Shown here: piece after piece, positions 1-12,349 of the stretch
Position numbering within the stretch: position 1 is the first letter of the stretch
Layout of the letters: every line of letters begins with the position of its first letter
DNA from: Camelus dromedarius
Lineage: Eukaryota
Direction of reading: 5' to 3'
NCBI RefSeq assembly: GCF_036321535.1
Contig: NC_087437.1
Span: 49,850,001-49,914,000 of the forward strand
DNA: 64,000 nucleotides
Program-made: the position numbers and the translations under genes
The notes under the pieces: model-generated
Told to the model about the DNA's origin: nothing
The model's input: the letters and a program-made list of their open reading frames with translations, nothing else
The model's database searches: none

Positions 1-654
1 TATCAGGGTAGAGGGGAAAGAGGATTTAGAAAGGTCCTATTGAGAATGAAAGCCTTTTGTTATGAAGGTGTCTTAATATTAGTGTAATGACTTAAGAGGA
101 TGAGATAAGGGAAGGAAAGGTAAGATGGGTGAGATAAGATAAGAGTAGGTGGCAACATCAACAAGTAATACTGTCTTAAGAATATAAAAGGTGAACACGC
201 TAAAAATATTTGAATCTGAAGAGAAACTGTACATTTACCTCTGGTTCTAAATGGGCTCAATGTTATTCTAATCTATGCTACGGAAATTCAGTAACTGACT
301 CTATAATCTCCAGAAAGACTTGTTCTTCAGAGTGTGGCTGAGGAAGCATGGTTGTGGAATCACCAGTTCTGCAGACACTACTATGAAAGGGGCTGCTCCT
401 GCTGGTACGAAGCTCACTTCGAGGTGGTGCGTTAGTTCTTCCAAATGCTATGTCCTCTTAGTAAATGTCTCCTGCTGGGTGGGTTTAGAAGATCAGTGAC
501 ATGCTGCGAAAGTAAATTCAGACCTTGCTGGTGTTTTCTTCTCCCTGCTCTGGTGAAAGATCACAGGATAAAATGTCTTTTTGCCACGTATTAATATGAT
601 CACTTCCATTTTATTTATTATGGCGCTCATCTTAGACACAGCAACCTAGAGCTG

Positions 655-800
655 GGTTACCTTGCCCAACCCCCTCTGTTTTACAGGCAGGACATTGAGA
701 TCTGGAGAGGCGTGACTTCCTGAAGGCCATAAGGTGCAGTCAGAACTGGAACTCAGCTCCCAGGCCAGCGAGGGTTCGCTAACCACACCATGCTGCCTAC
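655..800 (-). mobile_element. MIR SINE fragment (degenerate)
   Basis: ctgttttacaggcaggacattgag...gtgacttcctgaaggccata...accacaccatgctgcct resembles the reverse complement of the MIR core and 5' end. Confidence 0.55.
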
Positions 801-1804
801 CATGTCTTTGGGTGGTTGCTAACAGTAAAAGCTTTGTCTTTTGAGTATGTTATATTCCAAAGTACTGCCCAGAAAATTTAGGATGCAGTTCTCTTTCATT
901 CTATGTAAAATACTTTTTCAATGCAAAAGAACGTGGATTTGCATAAGATTAGAAGAGGGACTCACAGCAATTACCAGTCAAATTCCTCTAGTGGTGAGAG
1001 CCACAGTCTGGGAGCCTTGTGAGTTTGATTCTAAATTCAGATTTGCACTGCTCTATGCTTCCAATCTCCCAATTAAGTCTAAACACTCAATACTAAGAAA
1101 CTTGGCACCCTCTAAAAAGCCCACTGAGTTTCCAGAGAGGGTGGGAGGGATGGTAAGGTAGGAGGTGAGCAGAAAGCAAAAGAAGCCTCCCCAAATGATT
1201 TTTTTTCCCCTTGAACAACATTATTTAATACAGTGTTCTTCTACTCCTCATCCTTCATTTTGTGGCCCCCTTTTCTTGCCCATAACTGGAGGAAAGAGGG
1301 GTCTAGGGCAAGAAAACAGCACTTTTAAAGAAAGAGGAATTTCTGTTCTCTTTCCTTTGCAGCAAAGAACTCCTCGGACTGAAAGTTGGTAACATTTATA
1401 TTTCCAAGTCTTGCTTCTGCTAGTCCTCTTTAGTTTTACAGGCTGTTTGGCTTCATAAAATATAATAGTGGTTTTATAAATCTTAAAACAAAAAAGCAGC
1501 AAAGTCTGCCCAATTTCCAAATCTTCATTTAAATGCAAAAAACATGAGGGCATAGTATTCATTCATCATTAATGGATCTAAATTATTAAGGGTTTAAGAG
1601 TAGATTTAATTGGGGGAAAAAAAACTTTTATACAGTTATATATGGTCAAAAGGAAAGCTGAGAGATCACATGGGAGGGTAGATTTTTAATTTGAAAAGTT
1701 GGCAGTAAGCATGGACCTTCTCAGCTATGTTCACAATAATCTGTCAAATGGGAAAGGGGCAGACCACAGCTGTCAGTAAAGGGCATGAGGTTTGTTATCA
1801 GATA

Positions 1805-2012
1805 GGCATGGATTCTACTCTTGGTTCTTAAAAGCTGCTGATCTTGGGAAGATTCCTTTAGCTTTCTAAGTGTTTCCTCATCTGTAAAATGGAGATGAGG
1901 ATGCTGATGATAACATTTTGCAAGCAGGTTTGTTGTAAAGATTATATTTTCAATCATATATGTAAAACCGTTTGTAAACTATAATTCACCAGGAAATTAT
2001 TTCCTATTATTA
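1805..2012 (+). mobile_element. MIR SINE
   Basis: Core gtttcctcatctgtaaaatggagatga followed by ggtttgttgtaaagatt...tatgtaaa. Confidence 0.8.
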
Positions 2013-2341
2013 TCACCATCTTTTTCTTCGCTGTTATTAAATAATACATGGTCCTTTCAGAAGGCTGACATTTCACATCTAGATGTGTTCCTAGAATGCT
2101 GACAACGGAAGAACTGGTTTCCCATCCAGGAGTAACTCAGGTGTGGCTGCATCAGGGAACAGGGACTGGGGCTTCTGGGTTCTAGAGAATTAAGAGTGTG
2201 ACATCCCAAGATCATAAGAATTCAAAGGTCAGGACTTTTAAGATCATCAGTTACAGTGAAAGGTAAACTAAGACTTATGGAGAATTCATAGTGGGCCTGA
2301 TTCTACAAAAAAAAAAAAAAAAAAAAAAGATTCACAAATCA

Positions 2342-2550
2342 AAGAACTGGAGTTTACATCCAACATGTCAGCTAACACTGCCAATGACCCTGGGTAAGTC
2401 CCTTAGCCTCTCTGGACCAGTATGTTCATAGTTAAGTGTGGGCAGTATTAACAGCCTTGAAAACTTATAGGATTGTTAAAGAGGCAAAGTGAGTGCCTAG
2501 CACACTACTTCTCCTACACAGTGGCTCTTCAGTAAACACTTGTTGAATGA
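2342..2550 (+). mobile_element. MIR SINE (L2-like 3' tail)
   Basis: tgaccctgggtaagtcccttagcctctctg...ataggattgtt...gtgcctagcaca...cttgttgaatgaa. Confidence 0.65.
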
Positions 2551-2639
2551 ACGTATGAAAACATAAGAAGATATAGTCCAGAGAGTGAAGCACAGATGGG
2601 AATTGTGAGGGAATTAACTCTGATAATAAAAAAAGGAAA

Positions 2640-3502
2640 CGCTGGCTAATTCTATCATCTGTGTTAGTTCTATATCATATTTAATAGGTTGATTTTCCCT
2701 TCTTCCTTTCCTGCTTCTTTGTATGCCTGGTATTTTTTTTACTGGATTCTAGACTTTGTGACTTCAATTTGTTGGGTGCTAGATATTTTTGTATTCTTAA
2801 ATATAATCTTAAGTTTTGTAGATATAGTTAAGTCACTTAGAAACAGTTTTATCCTTTTGAGGTCTTACAGTCAGGACTTGTAAAGCAATTACCAGAGCAG
2901 TATTTAGTCTAAGTCTAATTATTATCCACTTCTGAGTTAAGATTCTTTCGTTTACTCTGCCCATTGCCCTTAAAGAATGAGGGTTCTCAGTCTGGCTGAT
3001 GGGAACAGGCACAGTTATGAACCTTTGTCAGTACTGGGCACTTACCTCTAATCCTTTCTGGTGGTTCCTTCCCAGGCCTCAGGTAGCTTCCTCACATGTA
3101 TGTGTTGATCAGCGTTTTGCTGAATATTTGAGAGAGATCTGCAGCTATCCGGAGTTCTCTCTCTAAGCGGCTTTCTCATCTCTGGTACTCACTCCATCCT
3201 GTGAATTCTAGCCACCACAGTCTTCCCAGACTCTCAGCCCCGTTTCCTCAATTCAGAGTCTGTTACACTCCACCTGGAGCCTCACTCCCTGTACCATAAC
3301 CTGGAAACTCTCTCAAGGCAGGGAGATAAGGGCAATGGTAGAGCTCACCTCATTTGTCACCATCTCTCAGGATCGCTGTCCTTCATTGCCTGATGCAGTG
3401 TCTTGACAACTTAGTTTTCATATATTTTATCTATTTGGGGGTTATTTCAAGTGGGAGGGTAAATCCAGCTCCTGTTACTTTATTTTGACCAGAAGCAGAA
3501 GT
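2640..3502 (-). mobile_element. Ancient L1 (L1MD/L1ME-type) 5' end fragment
   Basis: Ends in gggagggtaaatccagctcctgttactttattttgaccagaagcagaagt, the reverse complement of old L1M 5' termini; the body contains typical motifs such as gtctggctgatgggaacaggcac and cctggaaactctctcaaggcag. Confidence 0.7.
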
Positions 3503-3705
3503 ACAAAGGAAGTTTTGCAGAACTGACATATCTCTAGACAGAGGTCTTCATAAATCCAGGTATGGACAAGTCACAGTTTCTGTTCTTCTTTCCTCCTTGG
3601 CTTTCTTTGTAGACCAAGGAGATAAAAGAGGGGACTCTATCGTTTAGGCTGGTTAGTATCCATTAACTCTCTTCTTATGATACTTCTTGTGAATCGGAGA
3701 CTAAC

Positions 3706-3950
3706 ATTCACTCAGCATTAACTAGGTGCCAGGAGAAGTTCAACGTTTTACATTGCTTTCCTCTTAAATCTCTGAAACCATCCTAACAAATGTATGTATT
3801 GTCACCTCTAATTTCCAAATAAGAAACCTGAAGCATAGAGAAGATAGATTAGCTTACCCAAGTTCACACAGCTAGTGGTGGTGGTGGAGGGAAGATTCAA
3901 AGTCAGAACTGACTCCAAAGTGTGCACTCTTTACAGGGTCATGCTGCCTT
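3706..3950 (-). mobile_element. MIR SINE
   Basis: gtgccagg...aataagaaacctgaagcatagagaagatagattagcttacccaagttcacacagctagt...tgactccaaag. Confidence 0.75.
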
Positions 3951-4607
3951 CCGGGGTCAAGTTGTATCCCTCCCAAACGTAGCTCCTGAGGTGGGCATCA
4001 TTATCTCTCTTTACAGACTTAACAAAACCAAGGTTCAGACAGATGAAGGGTTTGGCTTCCAGAGGCCCAGTTACGATAGAACCTGGGTCTGTATCCACTG
4101 CCTGTGTTCTTTCTGACTTACTTGACACCCCTGAAGTTTCTAAGGATGTGGGAGTCACCTGCCCTTGGTTTAATATTCTGTAAGTGCTGGGTCTTATTTA
4201 AATAATTTTAAAATATAATCTTTCTTATTAAAATTGCAGGGTACTTTACAAAAAATGATGAAAATTCAGATTTGCTAAGACTAGGAACCTATTACACTTT
4301 TTCCTGTCTTATTTGAGAGGATTATTATAATTAGCTCTTGATCCTAATTTCACAAATTCAAACATATAAATGAAAAGGCTGCCTCCAGACAAACCGGATG
4401 AATATCCATTTACAGTCTGTTTGAATTATTCCTATAGCATTTCTATCTATGTATGAAATGTATACTAAGATTATGAAAAAAATATTTTTTGGTTTCATCC
4501 ATGGATTTTTTCAAAAATTACATATACCAATGAATTTCTTTATCTCTTTTGAAGTGAATTTTTGTAAAGACAAGACTTTCATGGTGATGGACTATTTTGT
4601 AAACTAG

Positions 4608-5614
4608 TTTTAAGATTGTAACAGCAATGCACACACTCCTTGCAAAACAAAAACTCAATAGGACAGAAGGATATAAAGTGAAGATATGAAATCCCCTTTC
4701 TCCTTACCCCTTATTGCCATTCTCCAAGGGTAACAACTGGAGCAGTTTCTTCTGTATCCTTTTATAAATTTTTAATGCATAACATATTACAGAAATAACA
4801 CATATTCCTTATTTTACAAATTGGGATTGTTCTAGAAGGTATGGCTATATACTCTGTATGATTTCTTTTCACTTAATATATCTTAGATAGCTCTTTGTAT
4901 CAGCTTATATAGATCTATTACATTCCTTCTAAAGCTGTATAATGTTATGCATAGTACACATATGATATGCATAAAAATTATGATATATTTAACTAGTCTC
5001 CCTTATTGGAGGACACTTAGGTCATTTTCCATTTTTTGCTATTAAAGTATTGCAGCAATGAATTCACGTGTAGATGTACCCTAAGTCAGAAGTTGTATGC
5101 ATTTTAAATCTTGTTAGATATTGCTAAATTGCCCTCCTAAAATTTGCACCAATTTGCAATCCCATCTTCAGTGTTTCAGAGCAGAACTTTGTGAATGTTT
5201 GTTTAGTGTATATGCGTATGAGCACCCATTTCTCCAGGCTTTTGTCAACAACAGCATTGCTAAACTTTAAAAATCTTTATCTGGTAGATGAAAAGCGGTA
5301 CATTATTACTTTAATTTGCATTTTTATAATTATGAGTCATGATGAACACTTATTTACTAGCCATTTATATTTTATTTTCTAAAATTTGCCTATTTGTGTC
5401 CTTTGTCCATTTTATATTGAATGATTTGTATTTTTCTTCTTAATTTCATAAGGGCTGTTTGTGTATTTATTAAACTGATCCTTTTTCGTATATATTGGAC
5501 AAATTTCTTCCGAATATGTTTTTAATATTTTAACTTTCTTTATTTTTTGTCCACATGAGCAGTTCTTATTTTAATATGATCAGGGTTATCAGCCTTTTCC
5601 TTTATAATTTCTAG
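4608..5614 (-). mobile_element. L1ME-type 3' end fragment
   Basis: ttttcacttaatatatctt...ggacacttaggtcattttccattttttgctatt...tttaatttgcattt...tcctttgtccatttt matches the antisense L1ME 3'UTR/ORF2 end. Confidence 0.75.
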
Positions 5615-6899
5615 GGGACTAATGCCATATTTATTCTTTACAAATGGACCTTTTCTGGAGATATATTTCTAAAGCTTTTCTTCTTAATATTGCAAAACCC
5701 AGTAAAAATATTACCTACTTAATTAGCCAAATTAAGTAAGAATGGATTTTGCTGACTGCATTTTCTTAATGTGAAATGCTGAGATGACTTGAGATAATGA
5801 GTGCTTCTGTTACCATCATATAAACAGGGAAATTACAGAACTGGGAAAACAACTTGATGCAGGCGAGAGCCAGAGGGAGCTGGGTGGTGACTAACTCCCA
5901 GGCTCACTTACTGAAGAGCATTAAAATAAAATGTGAAAGTAGAAAAAGTTCATGAAGAGAAAAGAAATGAGAGGGATAAGTGAGGAATGGAAGACAATAA
6001 TCCAATGGGGAAGGGAGGTACAGGGAGAGGAAGAGATGGGAGTGTTGAAAAGAAAGGTTCAAAGACTGGGGAAGGTATTGGTGAAGCTTGAAAACAAGAG
6101 GGAAGGTCCAGAAGGCATGTAAGAGGGGAAGCTCCCAGGCAAATAGCTCCCTTCTGTGTGGTTTCTGCAAGGTCCCTTCCTTCCTATCTCCAGGGCTCTG
6201 CAGAAAATAACTCCACTCAGCATCACCTGTCTCTGCTCCCAGATGCACCTTAAAAAAAAAAAGAAGAAGAAAAACAAAGTCCTTTGTCTCATGTGCTCCC
6301 CAGAAAACCTTCTTCAAGGAGGTAACACTCAGACTAGATATTGATTTTGCCACTTTTTTTTTCTGGGTAAGAAAAATTGGAGCACAGGAAAGTGACCACA
6401 AGAAAAATTTTAGTTTTCCTCTCATCCATATTCTTCCAGACATCACTGGGCTCAGTTTTCCTCTGTAAAACGAATCAACACAAATCATCATCTTCCTATG
6501 AAACACTTTTGTAAAGGATTCTTGGAATAGACTCTGATACAGAAAAGTCAAAGGCCAAGAAAGTGACCATATGATTTGTTCCATTCTTGAAAAGTTATAA
6601 TTAATATTTTATCACTTTGGGGAACGTTTTGCATTTTCAAGTGTAATCCAATCATACATTTAAAGCAAAAAGGAATCTCACTATTTCTGTATTTCAAAAT
6701 GATCCTGCGTATTTGAGGTTTGGCTAGACCTAGCATTAGCTTTGTTACAATGGCATAAGCTCACTTTTCTTTTAAAAATTGAAATACAGTCTGTTCCTCC
6801 AGTTATTCCCGTCATCCCCATCTCCTTCTTTCCTGTCTATATTTTTTTTTAAACTCTGGATAGTAGACACTATAAATACATCAATTTCTCCATTTCTCT

Positions 6900-7175
6900 G
6901 GGGTTCAGGATTTATGCAGTTGAGTCTTTCAACTTTATGTGATTTTTGAGATTCTACTTTATTCTTGTCCTCTCTGCACATCCAATTATGTCTATTTCTT
7001 AGCTCATGATACCTACAAAATATGACTAGTTTCAGAACTATTTCCAACTTCTTTGTTTTGCCTTGTATTTCTATTGTGGCACTAATTACTACCAATATGA
7101 TTAATGCACTACTTACTGGTGGCTTTGTTCCCTTTGTTTTTCTGATAATGCTAATTAATCCAATTTTGAAAAAAA
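6900..7175 (-). mobile_element. Highly decayed L1 ORF2 (RT region) remnant
   Basis: Minus-strand ORF peptide KTKGTKPPVSSALIILVVISATIEIQGKTKK...KLVIF loosely parallels L1 ORF2 [30 protein letters not shown]...KLSLFADD; catalytic DD not retained. Confidence 0.35.
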
Positions 7176-7499
7176 TACTTTCAGTTCTGCTCACACATGT
7201 CAGATTGCAGGTGCTTTTGAAATCACTTTCCCCCCCTTTGGTTTTAAATTAGAGCCAAGAGTAAAAGTAGACCAATTAGTGATGTGGCTGAAAATACTTT
7301 TGTCAAAGTTGTTCTTCGAGCAATGCCTGCAAAATGGCTCTGAAATAAGAAAGTTTTCATTCAGTAATAAGTTATTTTGCCCCTTACTTATTTCTTAAAT
7401 ATTGTGCTGTGCGTGTTGGAGGGAGGTTATGAGTGTGTGTGATTATTTAGGCTTAGGTGCAACAGACTTAATATTTCCAAGGGGAAAAAATGGTTGAGG

Positions 7500-7760
7500 A
7501 TGGCTGGCTAAAACACGGGCACCAATCAGATTTAACCAGGACCCACTTGGCCCCGCCTCTCTAAAAGCATCAGTAATCCTGCGGTTCTCTCCTCACCAGG
7601 TGCTCATGTGGTTTGACGTTGGGAGGCTGTTTTAAACCGGTAGTCGGTACTCGCTTTGCAGTTTGGTTTATGTCCGCAGCATTCATTTTCTTTGACAGAT
7701 CAGTCAATAATACTCAATGGTGCTCCTCCATTAAATTTCTGTTAGCACTTTTGAAGGACT
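7500..7760. promoter_or_regulatory. Candidate promoter/enhancer (CCAAT box + GC box + RUNX/E-box/CRE half-site)
   Basis: CCAATCAG at 7522-7529, GGCCCCGCCTCT at 7549-7560, CAGGTG at 7597-7602, TGTGGTTT at 7607-7614, TGACGT at 7614-7619; several retained CpGs; no repeat recognised. Confidence 0.45.
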
Positions 7761-9699
7761 CTGCTAAATTACACTATATATATATTAAAATTGGAGTGGC
7801 ACCTAGCTTTCCCAGATACCAAAGATGCAGTGATTTTTGTCCTAAGAAATATTATTTAAAAATCCACTCCAGTTCTCCTCTTCAAAAAAAAACCTTAAAG
7901 GACTAATTCTGTATTTACATTTTTAAGGATTAGGAAAAACAAACAAACAAACAAACAAAAAACCCAAACTCCCACAACTACAGAATCCTTGCATAAATAA
8001 TCCATAATATTAAGTAATATTATTAATGCTTTTGATTCAACTTATAGAATTATATATTTATATAATTTCAAAAGTTTTAACATAAGTTAGAATGTTTATG
8101 CTCAATATGGCATAGGAAAAGTGCTCACTTCCTCTTACATTAATCATATATTACGTATTACACGTTACATCTCATTTGGGTGATGCATACTCTAATCTAT
8201 AATTTGTGTAGCTGACAGAATGCCAAGGAGGATTTTCAGAATGCCTCTTAGAACTGCAGCAGAATGTCACTCTCCACTTTGGTTTGTTTTCTTTCTTTCT
8301 TTTCCTAAATAAAGTGGCAGAGGAAATCTGTCTAAACTCTCTCATTCACTCAGCATGAGTAGATTAAAAATTCACACACTACAAATAGTTAAATATTTTT
8401 GTCGAGGTTCAAAGTTGTGCTTTTAATTTTTAAAATTAACTTTGAAATTAAATTCATTTCAAAAAAAGGCAGGAGACTGGATGTAGTCCCCACCCCCTAC
8501 AAAACTGGATTAAAGTGCTAATTGTTTTATTTCAAATATCACTTTCAACTAATTAATTCATTTTGCCCTTGACTGAATTGATCGGAAACCCCAAAAGATC
8601 TTTAGGGAAGGAGAGAACTGTGTGCCTTGACCTTCCCGCACTCCCAGTCACATCTTTATTTACTATATTAAAACATGAAGCTGTGTCATGGAACAAAGGC
8701 AGGGAAATTATATAGGTTGAGGGAACAGTTCCCCCTTATGAAAAGCAGACTAAGGGGTTTTCTTTTTTAATAAGACAAAGGTGATGTTTTGGATGGCTCC
8801 AAAGAAGCTACAGTCACTCTAATCTAGACTTTCAGTTTGTTTTCCAGTCTTCCTTGGCTCACATTTTGGTGAGTTATGTTGACAGATTCCATGTCACTCG
8901 GTGGTCAAAAAATAATTTGACTGTTGATAGTGTAATGATTTAGACTCGTACAACAGAATTATTGTTGGGTTTTCTTGATTTTTTTGTGTGTTTTTTAAAA
9001 AGTCAGGTAGAAAGAGAAATGAGCCCAGATGAAAGGCCCCTGTTTTTTTTCTGTTTTGAACTTGTTTCTTCTGTTTCCAACTTGTTAGGCTGGAGCAGCT
9101 TTTCTTATTTTTCTTGCCATAACTTTAAGTTTTAGTACAGGACTGTTCTAATATCTGTTTCTCCATTGTGCACGAGGCTCTTTTAACTGATTTTCAAAAG
9201 TGGTTTAAACACAGCAGATGTTATTTTTTTTTTTTTTAAGGGTATAAGTGAAATTCTGTTAGGTCAGTAGTAAGCCCTCTAAACAGATGTGAACACAACA
9301 GGGTTCAGAATATTTGGAAAGGTGTTTTGGGAGTGTCTGTGCAGGTTTCTTTCTCACAGCTCATTTCAATTTTCATAATCTTTCATCAGATCTTTGATTT
9401 TTTTTAGTTCCTGACCACAATTAACACATAAAATGCGTTTCATAAAATAAGTCTTTGTTGTAAGTTCTAGTATTTCTAGGCATAATTGCTTGTCTTCCTA
9501 TTTTCACAGTTTATATATAATGACTAATGTCAACAAACATGCCATCTGAGAATTAAATGTATTTACCCTGAGTTCTGTAATTGTCCTTTGGCTACCTGGA
9601 GCAACATAACTGAAAACCTGGGCAGTCACTCCATGTAGCGTGAGTTCAGTATTGTTTGTACCCCACATACAAGGAAGTGACATATTAAATAACTGAGAA

Positions 9700-10000
9700 C
9701 TACTGTTTATTGAGCACTTGCTATATGCCAGGCTCTCTGCCAAGAGCTATACAAATGCCATTTCACTTCAACTGTATAGCGTCCCTCTGAGGGAAGTATT
9801 ATTTGCATCTTGTTTTACAGATGAGGAAACTGAGTCTCAGTGAGGTTTTCAATCCAAAGTTACAATAGCTTTGGGGGGTGTAGCTCAGTGATAGAGTGTG
9901 TACTTAGCATGCACAAGGTCCTGGGTTCAATCCCCAGTACCTCCACTAAACAAAACAAAACGAAACAAAACAAAAAGTTACAATAGTTTGTCAGATACCA
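9700..10000 (-). mobile_element. MIR SINE interrupted by a Vic-1 SINE
   Basis: tttattgagcacttgctatatgccaggc...ttttacagatgaggaaactgagtctcagtgaggtt. Confidence 0.85.
9873..9973 (+). mobile_element. Camelid tRNA-derived SINE (Vic-1 type, short form)
   Basis: gggggg-tgtagctcagtgatagag (A box)...gggttcaatcccc (B box)...agtacctcca, then a (CAAAA)n tail; TSD aaagttacaatag at 9856-9868 and 9974-9986. Confidence 0.9.
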
Positions 10001-11624
10001 GAGCACCTGAGAACTGATTCTTCTCTCTTTAATTCTGGAGCAAGGACTCTATTCTTTCTGGGATTTAAAAGTTATTTTGATTAAGAAGCGGTTGTTTTAT
10101 TACTGATTCAGTGAGAAAAGTTCAAAGGGCTTATCTTGGAAGTTAAGTACAGTTACAGAAATTTCCAGAGAACAAAAGGATAAACAAAATAGATTGTCTG
10201 TAGTTTGACTATAGGGCCCTGGAACGTTCAAGAAATTCCATGAAATCAGTTAAAAACAGAAGGAAAAGGGAAAGGGAGGAAGAAAGGAGACAAGGGAGAA
10301 AAGAAGCAAGGGAGAGAGAGGAAGGAAAGAAATCCACCAAATGAGCACCTGGGAGATCAAATTCTTCACTTTTTCCCGCTGCTTGAAGTGTCTCTGTACA
10401 GAGCCTGAAATGGTTTAAACACCTTAGCAGCCACACAGAATCTTAGATCTTAATATATCTTGTTGTTGAAAGACAGAGAACCAGGTTTATTCAAGAGCCA
10501 GAACCATTTAAAAACATTTTTTTTTTCCGGAAAGTTAAAACAAATGCAGTAGAATTATCCAAACATTTTTGTCTAAACGGAACTATAGATCCAGCTGACT
10601 AAATCTTCCAAGAGTTTTTATTATTTTTATTTTCATATATGTAGGCAATCAAATTTCGTTCATAGTTATTAAATATAGAAAATAGATATAAGTATACATA
10701 CACATGTATATACATATAGGGAAACACTCCTTAAATTCATCCCTTTATGTGATTTAAAATAATTATCTCCTTATCATAAAGCAAGCACCCTTATAGAAAA
10801 TGGCACATATGAGAAAACAGAAGTGATAGTAGCAGCCACTCTTTCCACAGCTGATTATCATCTCATTTCCTTACACAGTTACTCTCCATGTAGCAGCCTA
10901 TATTCAAGAATAGTTTCATAAAATTTTCTATGTTTCTTCTTCCATTATATACATTACTTACTTCTTTAAGGAATAAAAATTATTAGGTAAAATTAGCCTT
11001 CTTTTTTAAATATCATCTTCACTGGAGCAGGAATAAATTAATAAAATAGCAGCTAAACTTCCATGTCAGTAATCAACACTGATACTTTTAGAAGCAGTAA
11101 GAAACCACAACTTAAAAATGATTTATTAAAATATTGTACACATAATTAACTTTTATTAATTTTTAATATAATACTTAATATAGTATAAAGTACAGATAAT
11201 ATTTATGTCTTATCTGTAATTTTTTTAAAAAAAGAGTTTTCCTATGCCAGTTACTATATTCTTGGGTTACTTTCCCTTTCTGATATGAAGATGAGTGTTT
11301 GGGCAATACAAAATATCTACCATCCAGTCTTAACAAAATTCAGAAGATAAATTAGTCACCAAGAGAAAGGAAAATGCAATTTATTTCAATTATTCAGTCT
11401 ATTCATATTTCCCATTATAGTTGGAAACCACAGTTGACTATACTTCTCTACATAATCTTGTGTTTATCTTTCCTACTTCAAGGACTTCTGTACGTGTGAA
11501 AGTGCACTGCCATCCACCTGATGGATTATTCTGCCTCCACAGAAACTTACCCTTAGGAAATACTTATAACAAGAATTTGTAAACATGGATGATTCTTATT
11601 GTATTTAGTTAAAGCAAAAAAAAA

Positions 11625-11830
11625 AAAAAAGCAGGGTACAAAATTACATGTGCAATATGATTACAACTATGTGAAAGAAAAATAAGGAAAATATTAGAAG
11701 ATTATATACCAAGATGTTAACTTTGATTATCCAGGAATGACAAAGTTATGAGGAATCCTTCTTCTCCTTTTTCTATATTCTCCAAATTTTATACATACCA
11801 AGTATATATTATTTTCATAATATAAAAATT
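11625..11830 (+). mobile_element. L1ME-type 3' end fragment
   Basis: aaaagcagggtacaaaattac...tataccaagatgttaac...tattctccaaatttt...tattattttcataat. Confidence 0.65.
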
Positions 11831-12349
11831 TTCATATAAAATAACTAATTTGAGTTTGAGTCATATTTTCAAGAAAGATTTAAAATCATTCTTTAATTTC
11901 ACTGAAGTTGCTTTATTTACATGTAGACATGAAAATTCTGAGTCTGTGCCAATAATGAAACTGACCCCTGGTTGGCAGATATGCTAATGAGAAGGATGAT
12001 CTGGATACAGAACTGATGGATGGGAAGGGAAAAAAAGAGAGGGATGGTTAGAATAACCCAGATAATAGAAATAACGGAACACTGATTATTTTCATATCAG
12101 GGACCATTGAACTGATTTCTAGTTTAGGTCCCACTCAGTTTTACTGATTGTTATTAGTAATTGGTTTAGAAGCTATTCCCCCAAATCGTACCAAGTGAAA
12201 ACACATTTCCCCTCAAAGCAAGAGTCTTAAAGAACGAGATTTAAAAATAAAACAAAACAGTGGTGACTAAACTACTTGATTGTTTTTATTTTATTTTTCT
12301 GCTGGTAGTTATGGGAAAACACAGGCTGCAGAAAAAGGGAAAATTACTG

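Noticed and set aside
5904..6584. Longest ORF (226 aa, minus strand)
   Set aside because: L/F/S-rich peptide produced by reading the antisense of a purine-rich tract and poly-A/T runs, and it crosses a MIR-like fragment. No domain recognisable.
9873..9945. Possible tRNA gene (A/B boxes)
   Set aside because: The A-rich tail, TSD and SINE-specific body show it is a tRNA-derived SINE; the same applies to 42477-42540.
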